From a virus: a stretch of 64,000 nt of DNA. Below the pieces are notes generated by a model. It worked only from the letters and a program-made list of their open reading frames with translations. It had not been told where the DNA came from and made no database searches. Position numbers and translations under genes: made by a program. Of the stretch, positions 30,553 to 41,277 are shown piece by piece (position 1 is the stretch's first letter; each line of letters opens with the position of its first letter). The DNA is taken from the IMG/VR virus record IMGVR_UViG_3300043446_002688. One strand, written 5' to 3'.

Positions 30553-33500
30553 TGTACAATTCTGGTCGCAGAGGTAAAAGAGCAAATGATGGATATGGTA
30601 TACTTTCTCAGGCTGATAGATTTAATCAGACAGAATATCCAATACCAATCGTCACTTCGTTTGCCGTAACAGATGGTTCATATGTACCACTAGATGATAC
30701 CGCAGCATCTACTGCTGGCGGACAAACTATCGTTGTATATGGATCCGGTTTTGCACCAGGAGCCACCATTATGGTCGGTGGAACCACAATAAGTTCTGTA
30801 ACATACTTAGACCAGGGTAGATTAACCTTTACTTCTCCTGCAAATACATCTGGTAGTTATACTATTATTGTTATAAACGCAAATGGTGGTACCGGTATTT
30901 TGGTACCAGGACTTGTATATTCTGGCGTACCAACATGGTCAACATCGGCGGGTTCTGTTGGTTCAGTATATGAAAGAACAAGTGTAAGTTCAACTTTTGT
31001 GGCCACAGGTGATGCACCTGTAACATATAGTATTTTGTCTGGTAGTCTGCCACCAGGAACAACATTGTCTACAACAGGCGTGTTGTCTGGTTCTGCTCCA
31101 GCAGAATCTGGTTCTACAACATACTCATTTACTATTCGTGCAACTGACGGACAATTACAAGATTCAGACCGTTCATTCAGTCTGACAATCAACACAGATG
31201 TGGTTTCTTGGTCTAGTCCAACAAACAACCAAGTCATATCTAGTTATGAATATACACCAATTTCAAATGTAACCGCCTCAGCAACATCTGCAGCTGGTTA
31301 TGGTGTGGTCTATTCCGCAAACGCAGTACCAACTGGCATCAATTTAAATGCGTCAAGTGGTGTAATTTCCGGTACAGTAAATACTGTTGGTAATACATAC
31401 ACAAGACTAACAGCAACTGCAAACACAACAACAAGAACTGCAATCCGTGATGTAGTATTCAATATTAACTCCGATGTGGTTACATGGAATACACCTGCAA
31501 ACAATTATGTAATTAGTGCATATGAGTATTCTGCCATTTCTAATGTTACCGCAAATGCAACCAGTGCTGCTGGATTTGGTGTACTTTATTCAGCGAACAC
31601 AACACCAACCGGTATCACATTAGATGCAAACACTGGTTTAATTTCTGGTACACCAACAACAGTTGGCAATACATATGCATTATTGACTGCAACAGCCAAT
31701 ACAACAACTCGTTCAAATACAAGAAACATTATTTATAATGTTAATCAAGATTTAGTGACATGGAGTTCACCAGCTGACCAAACTGCATATTCGTTACAAG
31801 GTGGTTCTCCAATAGCTAACGTAACATTAAGTGCAACTAGTGCAGCAGGCAGAACAATCACATACACAGCCAATGCTTTACCTTCAGGTTTGGCAATTAG
31901 TGGTAGTGTTATTTACGGAACTCCAGATACAGCACAGACAGTTACAACACTATTGACTGCAACAGCAAATACAACTAATAGAACTGCAACAAGAACAATC
32001 AGTTGGACAATTAATTTGGGTGATACTTATTGGAAGTACACATCATTATTATTGAGTGCCAATACACCAACTCCAACATTTATTAATGATGCAAGTTTGA
32101 ATAATGCTCAATTGACTATTGTTGGAGATACTAGACCAAGTAATTTTGATCCATATATGGGTGGTTATTATAGTAATTACTTTGATGGTACTGGTGATTA
32201 CTTATCATTTACACCAAATAGTTCACTAGCTATTGGTTCAAATGCATTTACATTTGAAGCGTGGGTATATCCTACTTCCAGCGCTACTGCTGGTATATGG
32301 GGAAACGGCAATGGTGCAAGTGCTAACCCATATGTTTACCTTAATTCATTAGTGCCATCACTTTTCTTTTTGAATGTTGGAATAGCTGTCGGACCTGCAT
32401 TAACATTGAATAGATGGAATCATGTAGCAGTAGTTAGAAGTTCCGGAACAATTAAAATTTATACAAACGGTGTTTCTGGTACAGGGGTATCGGACGCAAA
32501 CGTACTCATTTCCGCAGGACCAATGACAATCGGTGGCGCTAGTGATGGCACACAAGTTTTATCTGGTTATATTTCCAATCTTCGTTTACTTAATGGTACT
32601 GCATTATATACAACCAACTTCACACCACCAACAGCACCATTAACAGCAGTAGCAAATACTGTTTTATTAACCTGTCAATCAAACAGATTAATTGATAATT
32701 CAAATAACAACTTTGCAATCACAAAGAACGGCGATACAACCGTAAGTTCAGCACATCCATTCATCACACCAACTACGGTGGCATACAATACACAGTATAG
32801 TACATACTTCACCGGCAATACAAATGATTCTGTATCCATTGCATCGGCTGGTACACCTTTGAATTTGGATGGAGATTTTACTGTGGAGTTTTGGATACTG
32901 AAAACCGCATATAGTACTAACGGATACACACAATACCTGAACACAGGATGGAATTCTCAAGCCTTCAAATCACAAAACACCGGAGCATTATATTTCTACA
33001 ACGGAACCAGTTATTCCTATACCGGCGCAGTAGTGCCTTTGGGTACATGGACACACATTGCTTGGGTGAGATCCGGCACATCATCTAGGGTGTATGTGAA
33101 TGGGACAGGATCCACTACACTAACTACACTCACTGCAACTATTACTTGGGGAACAGGTACATTTAGAGTAGGATCCGATGCTGGTGTAGGTGTAGGTGAA
33201 ACTTTGATTGGGAATATATCTAATTTGCGTATTATAAAAGGTACTGCGATATACGACTTAACACAATCTACTATCACCGTTCCGACAGCAAAATTGACAG
33301 CGATATCAGGTACAAGTCTTCTAACTTGCCAGGATGCGACACTAAAGGACAATTCGACAAATGCTTTAACCATCACAAGTTCAGGCAATGCACAACCAAT
33401 CACAGTAAGCCCATTCACCATGACAACTAGTAACACAACAGTAACTAGTTTAGGTTCAGCATATTTTGATGGCACCGGGGATTACTTAACATTACCTAGT

Positions 33501-36500
33501 AATGCAGCATTTGCATTTGGTACTGGTAATTTTACAGTTGAGCTTTGGGCAAATTTTTCAAACGCTAGCGCATCTGGTTTATATTTCATAGATGCAAGAA
33601 ATTCAGGAGCCACAGGCACATGGGCCTTCTTTAGAAATTCTTCTAATAATCTTGTATGGTATACTGGTTCTGCTGACGGCGCAACTGCTTCATTGGCAAC
33701 AATAAACACTTGGGTCCATCTTGCTTATACAAGACAAAACACCACCGGTAGGTTGTTTATTAACGGAGTACTGTCTGCCACTACAACCGATAGTACAAAT
33801 TATTCAATCTCACCTAGTATTTCTTATATTGGCTCTAGATACTCGGTTGTAGAATTAATACAGGGATATATTTCTGATTTACGAGTGGTTAAAGGTACTG
33901 CACTATACACTGCTAACTTTTTACCACCACAGACACCATTAACAGCAGTTGCAAACACACAGTTGTTAACTTGTCAATATAATGGCGGTGCAACAAACAA
34001 TGGATTTTTGGACCAATCTAGTTTCAACCTTCCAATCACAAGAAATGGTAATACAACACAAGGCACATTTAGTCCGTATAGTCAAACTGGTTGGAGTAAT
34101 TACTTTGATGGTACTGGAGATTATTGGACCATTCCAGATAACACTGCTCTGCAAATGGGTACAGGTGACTTTACTCTAGAGTTTTGGTATTACTTCAATT
34201 CGTTGGCAAGTTATCAAACATTGTATAGTAAAGGATACACTCTGGCCGGAGGTATTGTTGTACAAACAGGTAACGGTACAGGTAGATTGATTGTATATGC
34301 ATCTGGTTCTGCGGTGATAACCGAAACGGGAACAGGCACGGTTGGTGTATGGTACCATTATGCTTTGGTAAGAAGTGGTACAACACTAACATTGTATAGA
34401 GATGGTGTATCAACTGGAACCGCAACAAACTCAACAAACTTTAACAACACTGGTTTAGTATATGCCGGTGATACTACTTATCCAATGAACGGATATATGA
34501 GTAATCTTAGATTGGTTAAAGGTCAGGCAGTTTACACAGGAGCTTTCACGCCACCAACAACACCGTTAACAGCAACAGCAAATACACAGTTGTTAACATG
34601 TCAATCAAATAGATTAGTTGACAACTCACTCAATAATTTTACAATTACTAAGGTTGGCGATACAACAGTACAATCATTTAGTCCATTCGGTGGCGTAACA
34701 AGTGTGCCAGCAAGTTATAGTTTATACTATGACTATTTGACAATTCCTGATAATACAGCATTTACTTTCGGTTCAAGTGACTTTACAATAGAAAGTTGGG
34801 CGTATGCTACAGCCAGAACTGCATCATATATTATTTTTGCTCAAACAGATAATTCCACAGCGGCTGGTTCTTCTGTTATTTTATATGTCACCTCAAATGC
34901 ATTAAATGCATTGGTATATTATGGAGGTACAAGTTACTATTCTCTTGTTGATCCAACTTATTTCCCATTAAATGCCTGGACACACGTAGCATTGGTAAGA
35001 AAAACAACCACATTATCACTATATGTAAACGGTACAAGAGTTGCAACAACTTCAGCAGGAACAAGTGTAGTTAATGATTCTTCAGCTACTGTTAGCATTT
35101 ATGCAAGAAACACACAAGGAGATATGTTTAGTGGTTACCTATCAAACTTGCGAGTGGTTAAAGGTACTGCTGTATATGATGCAACACAAACATCATTTAC
35201 AGTACCCACTTCACCATTAACAGCAGTGGCAAATACAAGTTTGTTGACCTTGGTAACAAATAAATTTGTTGATATTGGTCCAAACAATTTGACAATAACT
35301 CCTGGTGTTCCAAAAATAACTTCATTTAACCCATTTGGTTTGACAAATACAACACAAGTATCATATTCACCAAGTGTGAATGGTGGCAGTATGTATTTTG
35401 ATGGTAGTGGTGATTACTTAACAATTCCATCTACTAATCTAGTAGCACTGACCGCAGATTTTACTATTGAACTGTGGTTATATTTAACTGCAACTGCTGG
35501 AACAAGTTCTGGAATGATTATACATAATAGTCCAGCAAGTGCTGGTACTTACTGGGCATTATTTGTTAACGCAGCATCAAGTATTGCTTGGTTGAAACCT
35601 GATGGAAATTTTCAGGCACTTTCAAGTGTGTTATTAAATCAATGGATTCACCTTGCAGTAACTCGTTCCGGAACAACAATATATTATTTCCTTAATGGTA
35701 CATTGGTTACTAGTTCTACTGTAACAACAGCAAACTTCAGCACACAAAATACAGTTTATATCGGTGGTGGACCTGCTAGTTATTTCGCATCTGCAACATC
35801 AATAACTGGTTATATCAGTGATGCACGAATTACTAAATCCGCATTGTATACATCAAACTTCTATCCACCAACCACACCACTAACACCAACAACTACAATT
35901 GGTGCAAACACATATCTCTCAAATCTATTAGTGAGTGGAACAAGTGGTGGTATCATTGACTATCACAGTACTAACAACTTAGAAACAGTTGGTGATGTAA
36001 AATTGGCCAGTGAGGATCCATACAGTGGTAGTTATTATAGTAACTATTTTGATGGAACAGGTGATTATTTAAGTATTGCAGATAACACTGCTTTTACTCT
36101 TGGATCAGGTGACTTTACTATTGAATATTGGATTAATGTACCATCACTTCCATCAATTGCTGGTTACATCTATGGTCAATGTGATGCATCAGCAACCACA
36201 GCCAGTCGCAATGTGTATGATACAGTTGCCTCAGATGGAACTATACAAACACAAATTTATTTCAATGGAAGTTCTACTTTATCTATCACAAGCGTTTCAA
36301 CCTTAACTACTGGAAGATGGAGTCATATTGCTGTGGTCAGAAATGGAACCACAATACGACAGTACTTTAACGGTGTTCAGCAAGGTACAGCAAATATTTC
36401 TACAAACTCATTAAATGACTCATCTAGTAATTTTGCTATAGGAAGATTAGGAGACTATACATCCAATTCGTTACTTGGGTCTGTTTCTAATTTTAGAATA

Positions 36501-37202
36501 ATAAAGGGTACATGTTTATATCCTAACGGAACAGCATTCACGCCAAGTACTACACCACTAACCGCAGTATCAAGTACAAGTTTGTTAACCTGTCAATCAA
36601 ATAGTTTCAAAGATAATAGTACTAATAATTTTACTATTACTAGAAATGGAGATACAAAAGTTCAATCAAGAAACCCATTCCAACAAAACACTGGAAAGAG
36701 TATCTACTTTGATGGTACCGGTGATTATTTAACTATACCAGTTTCACCTAATATGACTTTTGGGTCATCAGACTTCACTTTTGAAACTTGGGTATATCCA
36801 ACAGATGTATCCTCGTTGCAATCAATATTATACTTAAATGCAAACACATCAGGTTATGCTGCACTTGCTTTACAAATACAAAGTGGTGCTCTGAACTTAT
36901 GGATGTCCTCAACCGGATCTGCTTGGTCATTGCAACAAGGTTCAATAGGCACAATAGTTGCTGGTGTCTGGACACATATTGCTGTTACTAAGAGTGGTAC
37001 CACCATGAAAGTGTATATCAACGGAACTCAAGCTGGTACCAACTACACTGTGGCACAATCACTGATGACAACATATACACTGAATCAAATCGGAGTTTAT
37101 AACACATCATCATATTTATTAACTGGATATCTAAAAGACCTAAGAATCACTAGAGGTGTTAGAACAATTTCGGTGCCTACATCACCGTTGGAAATTAAAT
37201 AA
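30552..37202 (+). CDS. Giant adhesin: IPT/TIG plus Ig-like (He_PIG) repeats plus 8 LamG/ConA-like lectin domains (2216 aa)
   Basis: Eight units begin YFDG[TS]GDYL-like and contain FT.E.W.Y, W.H.A.[VT]R.G, GYISNLR and LLTCQ. N-terminal GGQTIVVYGSGF (IPT) and SLPPGTTLSTTGVLSG (Ig). Confidence 0.85.
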   Translation: MYNSGRRGKRANDGYGILSQADRFNQTEYPIPIVTSFAVTDGSYVPLDDTAASTAGGQTIVVYGSGFAPGATIMVGGTTISSVTYLDQGRLTFTSPANTSGSYTIIVINANGGTGILVPGLVYSGVPTWSTSAGSVGSVYERTSVSSTFVATGDAPVTYSILSGSLPPGTTLSTTGVLSGSAPAESGSTTYSFTIRATDGQLQDSDRSFSLTINTDVVSWSSPTNNQVISSYEYTPISNVTASATSAAGYGVVYSANAVPTGINLNASSGVISGTVNTVGNTYTRLTATANTTTRTAIRDVVFNINSDVVTWNTPANNYVISAYEYSAISNVTANATSAAGFGVLYSANTTPTGITLDANTGLISGTPTTVGNTYALLTATANTTTRSNTRNIIYNVNQDLVTWSSPADQTAYSLQGGSPIANVTLSATSAAGRTITYTANALPSGLAISGSVIYGTPDTAQTVTTLLTATANTTNRTATRTISWTINLGDTYWKYTSLLLSANTPTPTFINDASLNNAQLTIVGDTRPSNFDPYMGGYYSNYFDGTGDYLSFTPNSSLAIGSNAFTFEAWVYPTSSATAGIWGNGNGASANPYVYLNSLVPSLFFLNVGIAVGPALTLNRWNHVAVVRSSGTIKIYTNGVSGTGVSDANVLISAGPMTIGGASDGTQVLSGYISNLRLLNGTALYTTNFTPPTAPLTAVANTVLLTCQSNRLIDNSNNNFAITKNGDTTVSSAHPFITPTTVAYNTQYSTYFTGNTNDSVSIASAGTPLNLDGDFTVEFWILKTAYSTNGYTQYLNTGWNSQAFKSQNTGALYFYNGTSYSYTGAVVPLGTWTHIAWVRSGTSSRVYVNGTGSTTLTTLTATITWGTGTFRVGSDAGVGVGETLIGNISNLRIIKGTAIYDLTQSTITVPTAKLTAISGTSLLTCQDATLKDNSTNALTITSSGNAQPITVSPFTMTTSNTTVTSLGSAYFDGTGDYLTLPSNAAFAFGTGNFTVELWANFSNASASGLYFIDARNSGATGTWAFFRNSSNNLVWYTGSADGATASLATINTWVHLAYTRQNTTGRLFINGVLSATTTDSTNYSISPSISYIGSRYSVVELIQGYISDLRVVKGTALYTANFLPPQTPLTAVANTQLLTCQYNGGATNNGFLDQSSFNLPITRNGNTTQGTFSPYSQTGWSNYFDGTGDYWTIPDNTALQMGTGDFTLEFWYYFNSLASYQTLYSKGYTLAGGIVVQTGNGTGRLIVYASGSAVITETGTGTVGVWYHYALVRSGTTLTLYRDGVSTGTATNSTNFNNTGLVYAGDTTYPMNGYMSNLRLVKGQAVYTGAFTPPTTPLTATANTQLLTCQSNRLVDNSLNNFTITKVGDTTVQSFSPFGGVTSVPASYSLYYDYLTIPDNTAFTFGSSDFTIESWAYATARTASYIIFAQTDNSTAAGSSVILYVTSNALNALVYYGGTSYYSLVDPTYFPLNAWTHVALVRKTTTLSLYVNGTRVATTSAGTSVVNDSSATVSIYARNTQGDMFSGYLSNLRVVKGTAVYDATQTSFTVPTSPLTAVANTSLLTLVTNKFVDIGPNNLTITPGVPKITSFNPFGLTNTTQVSYSPSVNGGSMYFDGSGDYLTIPSTNLVALTADFTIELWLYLTATAGTSSGMIIHNSPASAGTYWALFVNAASSIAWLKPDGNFQALSSVLLNQWIHLAVTRSGTTIYYFLNGTLVTSSTVTTANFSTQNTVYIGGGPASYFASATSITGYISDARITKSALYTSNFYPPTTPLTPTTTIGANTYLSNLLVSGTSGGIIDYHSTNNLETVGDVKLASEDPYSGSYYSNYFDGTGDYLSIADNTAFTLGSGDFTIEYWINVPSLPSIAGYIYGQCDASATTASRNVYDTVASDGTIQTQIYFNGSSTLSITSVSTLTTGRWSHIAVVRNGTTIRQYFNGVQQGTANISTNSLNDSSSNFAIGRLGDYTSNSLLGSVSNFRIIKGTCLYPNGTAFTPSTTPLTAVSSTSLLTCQSNSFKDNSTNNFTITRNGDTKVQSRNPFQQNTGKSIYFDGTGDYLTIPVSPNMTFGSSDFTFETWVYPTDVSSLQSILYLNANTSGYAALALQIQSGALNLWMSSTGSAWSLQQGSIGTIVAGVWTHIAVTKSGTTMKVYINGTQAGTNYTVAQSLMTTYTLNQIGVYNTSSYLLTGYLKDLRITRGVRTISVPTSPLEIK

Positions 37203-37205
37203 ATA
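37198..37205 (+). promoter_or_regulatory. Late promoter candidate AATAAATA
   Basis: Overlaps the stop codon of the 30552 gene; 15 nt before the ATG at 37221. Confidence 0.55.
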
Positions 37206-37220
37206 ATATAAAAAAGTAAA

Positions 37221-38246
37221 ATGACAACAAAAATACAACCAGCAAACATTGACCAAACACTGGACTACTCAGTTGACCAATTGTCGGCCAATACGGTCGT
37301 GGTTTCTGGTGTTGATGTATTGAGTTATGCACAGTCAGCATTTTTACAGGCAAATTCCTCTTTTGTTCAAGCAAATTCAGCATACACTCAGGCAAACACA
37401 GCAACTACCAACGCAGCAACTGCTGATTCTAAGGCTGTTAGTGCTGGTTCTTATGCAAATGCTGCATTTGTTCAGGCGAACACCGACTACACAACATTAT
37501 CAACAATAAATGGTGTATATGGCGGTTCATCAAATATTCCAGTTATCACTTTGGCCGCAAACGGACGTGTTTCTTCAATCACAAACACATCCATTTCCAT
37601 TCCTGCTGGAACATCCGTATACGGCAACACAGGTCAAATCACCGCAAACGTGTCAACAGGCACTGTTGCTCTAGGTCTTGCTACAACAGCAGTAACTCCT
37701 GGTGTTTATGGTGGCACATCAAATACTGTTACAATAACAGTAGACGCATATGGTAGAGTCACTGCATTATCAAATAATGCCATTAGTGGTGGTGGTGGAG
37801 GTGGTGCAACACTATCGGCGGTTGCTGCAGCAACCACATATTATATCGGACTATCAGCAAGTTCTTCCGGCACTTGGACAGATGCAAGAGTTGATACATC
37901 CAACTTATATTACAGTTCTGCAACAAGCACATTATATTCCACAAACTTTAATACCAGTTCAGATGAGAACCTAAAGTCATCTATTGAAACTATACTAAAT
38001 GCATTAGAAACTGTTAATCTATTAAGAGGTGTTAGTTTCCTTTGGAAGAGTAATGGATTAAAATCGTATGGTGTGATTGCTCAGGAATTAGAAAAGATTA
38101 TTCCTGATTTAGTTACGACAGATGCCAACGGTAGAAAGACTGTTAACTATAATGCTTTGATTGGTTTTTTAATTGAAGCCATCAAAACACAATCAACACA
38201 AATACAAAGTCTAGAAGAAAGAATCACCAGGCTGGAGGAAAAATAA
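37221..38246 (+). CDS. Short fibre with C-terminal peptidase S74 chaperone (341 aa)
   Basis: NTSSDENLKSSI...LRGVSFLWK...YGVIAQELEKIIPDLV...VNYNALIGFLIEAIK; GVYGG..TVDAYGRVT shaft motifs. Confidence 0.85.
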   Translation: MTTKIQPANIDQTLDYSVDQLSANTVVVSGVDVLSYAQSAFLQANSSFVQANSAYTQANTATTNAATADSKAVSAGSYANAAFVQANTDYTTLSTINGVYGGSSNIPVITLAANGRVSSITNTSISIPAGTSVYGNTGQITANVSTGTVALGLATTAVTPGVYGGTSNTVTITVDAYGRVTALSNNAISGGGGGGATLSAVAAATTYYIGLSASSSGTWTDARVDTSNLYYSSATSTLYSTNFNTSSDENLKSSIETILNALETVNLLRGVSFLWKSNGLKSYGVIAQELEKIIPDLVTTDANGRKTVNYNALIGFLIEAIKTQSTQIQSLEERITRLEEK

Positions 38247-39418
38247 TGGCCTTCAATTTTAGTAACGGTGATACACTTGATAAAAAATATTTAAAAGAAT
38301 CCGATTTAATTGATAATTATATCGGTAATAGATTGTGGGCGTGGGGACTGAATAACCACGGTCAGTTAGGAAATAATGCGACTGGTAATTACAACGGTAG
38401 TCCGTTACAAACTATTTCAGGTGGAACTAATTGGAAGCAAACATCCACGGGATATTATCACATTGCTGGAATAAAAACTGATGGCACCTTATGGTTGTGG
38501 GGCGATAATCGTTATTATGGACAGTTAGGAGATAACACAACAACCAAAAAATCTAGCCCTGTACAGACTATAAGTGGTGGCAATAATTGGAATCTTGTCT
38601 CGTGTGGATCCTACTACACAACAACAATTAAAACTGACGGAACGTTGTGGTTATGGGGCAGAAACAATGTTGGTCAATTAGGAACCAATAACACAACCAA
38701 CTATTCCAGTCCCGTTCAAACCATTGCTGCTGGAAATAATTGGAAAAAATTAAGTGCCGGTTTTCAACACGTTGCTGCAATTAAAACCGATGGCACACTG
38801 TGGTTGTGGGGCCAAAATAATAATGGTCAATTGGGCGACAATACTCTAACCAATAAAAGTAGTCCAGCACAAACATTTGGTACCGGAAATAATTGGAATC
38901 AAGTGAGTGTTGGCTCAAGTTTTACTGCTGCGATTAAAACAGATGGTACCTTATGGTTGTGTGGTAATAATCAATATGGTCAATTAGGTGATAACACAAC
39001 AACCAATAAATCCAGTCCTGTACAAACAATTGCAGGCGGAAATAATTGGAAGTCAGTTTCTGCCAGCATTGGTGGCCACATTAGTGCTATTAAAACAGAT
39101 GGTACGTTGTGGCTCTTTGGAAATAATGGTAATGCTCAACTAGGTGATAATACCACAGTATCCAAATCGAGCCCAGTTCAAACTATAACCGGTGGAACAA
39201 ATTGGAAATCTGTTGCTACCGGTTCAAGCCATACTGCCGCTATTAAGACTAATGGCGAGCTGTGGCTTTGGGGGAGTGATGCGTTCGGCCAATTAGGAAC
39301 CAATACTTTTACATCCACATCCAGTCCAGTCCAAACTATATCCAGTGGAACAAATTGGAAACAAGTTTCTTGTGGGTATCTTATTACCTCAGCAACGACT
39401 TTTTCGGATCTACAATAA
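38246..39418 (+). CDS. RCC1/BLIP-II 7-blade beta-propeller protein A
   Basis: Seven ~52-aa repeats AIKTDGTLWLWG.N..GQLG.N.....SSPVQT..GG.NWK.VS.G. Confidence 0.9.
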   Translation: MAFNFSNGDTLDKKYLKESDLIDNYIGNRLWAWGLNNHGQLGNNATGNYNGSPLQTISGGTNWKQTSTGYYHIAGIKTDGTLWLWGDNRYYGQLGDNTTTKKSSPVQTISGGNNWNLVSCGSYYTTTIKTDGTLWLWGRNNVGQLGTNNTTNYSSPVQTIAAGNNWKKLSAGFQHVAAIKTDGTLWLWGQNNNGQLGDNTLTNKSSPAQTFGTGNNWNQVSVGSSFTAAIKTDGTLWLCGNNQYGQLGDNTTTNKSSPVQTIAGGNNWKSVSASIGGHISAIKTDGTLWLFGNNGNAQLGDNTTVSKSSPVQTITGGTNWKSVATGSSHTAAIKTNGELWLWGSDAFGQLGTNTFTSTSSPVQTISSGTNWKQVSCGYLITSATTFSDLQ

Positions 39419-39432
39419 TAAGGAATATAATA

Positions 39433-40077
39433 ATGTTTGTAATCGTATACAATAATCAAGTAATTCTAGGGCCAATGCCATGGAGAAAGTTTTTCTTTGA
39501 AAACATCATAGAAGAAGATTGTGAAGTTCAAGTAACACTACCACAAAAAAATGATGTCCCGTACACAGTAAATGATGAAATTGTCATTCTTCCAGCAAGA
39601 TATACACATGAAGAACACAATCCAATAACACAAAAACACAACGGTCCTTTCTGGACTATTACTGAAACAGAAGCAGTAGGTAATTTTGTTGCGATAGACA
39701 AAGATGTAGAACATTTAAAATCTGAATTGAAACAAATTGTTGCAGATAAAAGATGGAAGAAAGAAGTCGGCGGAATTAAAGTTACTATCAATGATATAGA
39801 ATATTCAGTTGATACCTCTCGTGAAGGTAGAAAAATATACATTGAACAATTACAAATGAACTCTAGTTCATATGATTGGAAGTTCAATGAGGGTTATGTA
39901 ACATTATCTTTGGTTGATTTACAAAATATTGTTCAATCTATTAATGAACATATACAAAATTGTTTTGCAGAAGAACGCAATAGAATCAATCTTATTGATA
40001 GTAAAACATCATTAGAAGATTTAGAATTATTACACAATGAATTTAATCCAAGGGTGACCTTAAATGGCATACAGTGA
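39433..40077 (+). CDS. DUF4376-like fibre-associated protein
   Basis: Start re-called at ATG 39433 (AGGA RBS at 39421). C-terminal RWKKEVGGIKV...DTSREGR...DWKFNEGYVTLS..DLQNI...HIQNCFAEE resembles DUF4376. Confidence 0.7.
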   Translation: MFVIVYNNQVILGPMPWRKFFFENIIEEDCEVQVTLPQKNDVPYTVNDEIVILPARYTHEEHNPITQKHNGPFWTITETEAVGNFVAIDKDVEHLKSELKQIVADKRWKKEVGGIKVTINDIEYSVDTSREGRKIYIEQLQMNSSSYDWKFNEGYVTLSLVDLQNIVQSINEHIQNCFAEERNRINLIDSKTSLEDLELLHNEFNPRVTLNGIQ

Positions 40078-41275
40078 AAGTGGAGTTCCTATACCCATTG
40101 ATGGATATTTTAGTCCAGGTGGATATGTAACTAAACAATATTTGTTTGATGCATATCCACAACTTAGTGACCAAGCAAAGAGTGCTGGATTGTGGGGATG
40201 TGGTTATGCTCTCGTCGGTCAACTGGGCGACAGAACTAGTGTTGACAAGTCTAGCCCAGTACAAACTATATCGGGGGGCGCCAACTGGAAGCAAGTAACA
40301 TCCAGTTGGGGGCCATCGGCAGCAGCAATCAAAACAGACGGTACCCTGTGGTTATGGGGATATAATGCTTATGGTGAATTAGGTAACAATAACACAAATT
40401 CAGTCAGTTCTCCCGTACAGACAATTAGTGCAGGGACGAACTGGATTCAAGTTGGCGCCGGAGATAGAACATTTGGAGCAATCAAAACAGATGGCACATT
40501 ATGGATGTGGGGGAAAAATAACTCTGGCCAGTTGGGCGATAACACTGCAACTAATAGATCCAGTCCAGTTCAAACAGTATCTGGTGGAACTAATTGGAAG
40601 TACACCACTGGTGGAGATTTGTTTATGTCAGCAATCAAAACAGACGGTACCCTGTGGTTATGGGGAGACAACGGCAATGGTCAATTGGGTACAAATAATA
40701 CAACCAATAGGTCAAGTCCAGTACAAACTATATCCGCTGGTACCAATTGGAAACAGGTTTCAGCTGGCGGATCAACAGTTGCGGCAATCAAAACAGACGG
40801 TACCCTGTGGTTATGGGGATTTAATGGTTATGGTGGGTTGGGTGATAATACGAGCGTAAGAAAATCCAGTCCAGTTCAAACGGTTTCTGGTGGAAATAAT
40901 TGGAAACAGTGTTCTGTCAGTAGTTACAATCATATTGCATCCATTAAGACTAATGGTACCCTGTGGTTATGGGGTAATAATAATTATGGTCAATTAGGTA
41001 CAAATAATACAACCAATACGTCAAGTCCAGTGCAAACTATATCCGCTGGTACCAATTGGAAACAGGTTTCAACTGGCAATTACAGTACATACTCTTTGAA
41101 AACGGATGGCACTCTTTGGACTTGGGGAGCTAATTTTTATGGTAATCTGGGAACCAATAACACAACACATTACTCTAGTCCAGTGCAAACAGTTAGTGGT
41201 GGAACTAATTGGAAACAAATTAGCGGCGGAACAGGAAAATTTTTTGCCATCAAAGATTTTAATGAGGACTTCTAA
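40064..41275 (+). CDS. RCC1/BLIP-II 7-blade beta-propeller protein B
   Basis: Seven repeats of the same consensus as protein A. Confidence 0.9.
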   Translation: MAYSESGVPIPIDGYFSPGGYVTKQYLFDAYPQLSDQAKSAGLWGCGYALVGQLGDRTSVDKSSPVQTISGGANWKQVTSSWGPSAAAIKTDGTLWLWGYNAYGELGNNNTNSVSSPVQTISAGTNWIQVGAGDRTFGAIKTDGTLWMWGKNNSGQLGDNTATNRSSPVQTVSGGTNWKYTTGGDLFMSAIKTDGTLWLWGDNGNGQLGTNNTTNRSSPVQTISAGTNWKQVSAGGSTVAAIKTDGTLWLWGFNGYGGLGDNTSVRKSSPVQTVSGGNNWKQCSVSSYNHIASIKTNGTLWLWGNNNYGQLGTNNTTNTSSPVQTISAGTNWKQVSTGNYSTYSLKTDGTLWTWGANFYGNLGTNNTTHYSSPVQTVSGGTNWKQISGGTGKFFAIKDFNEDF

Positions 41276-41277
41276 TC

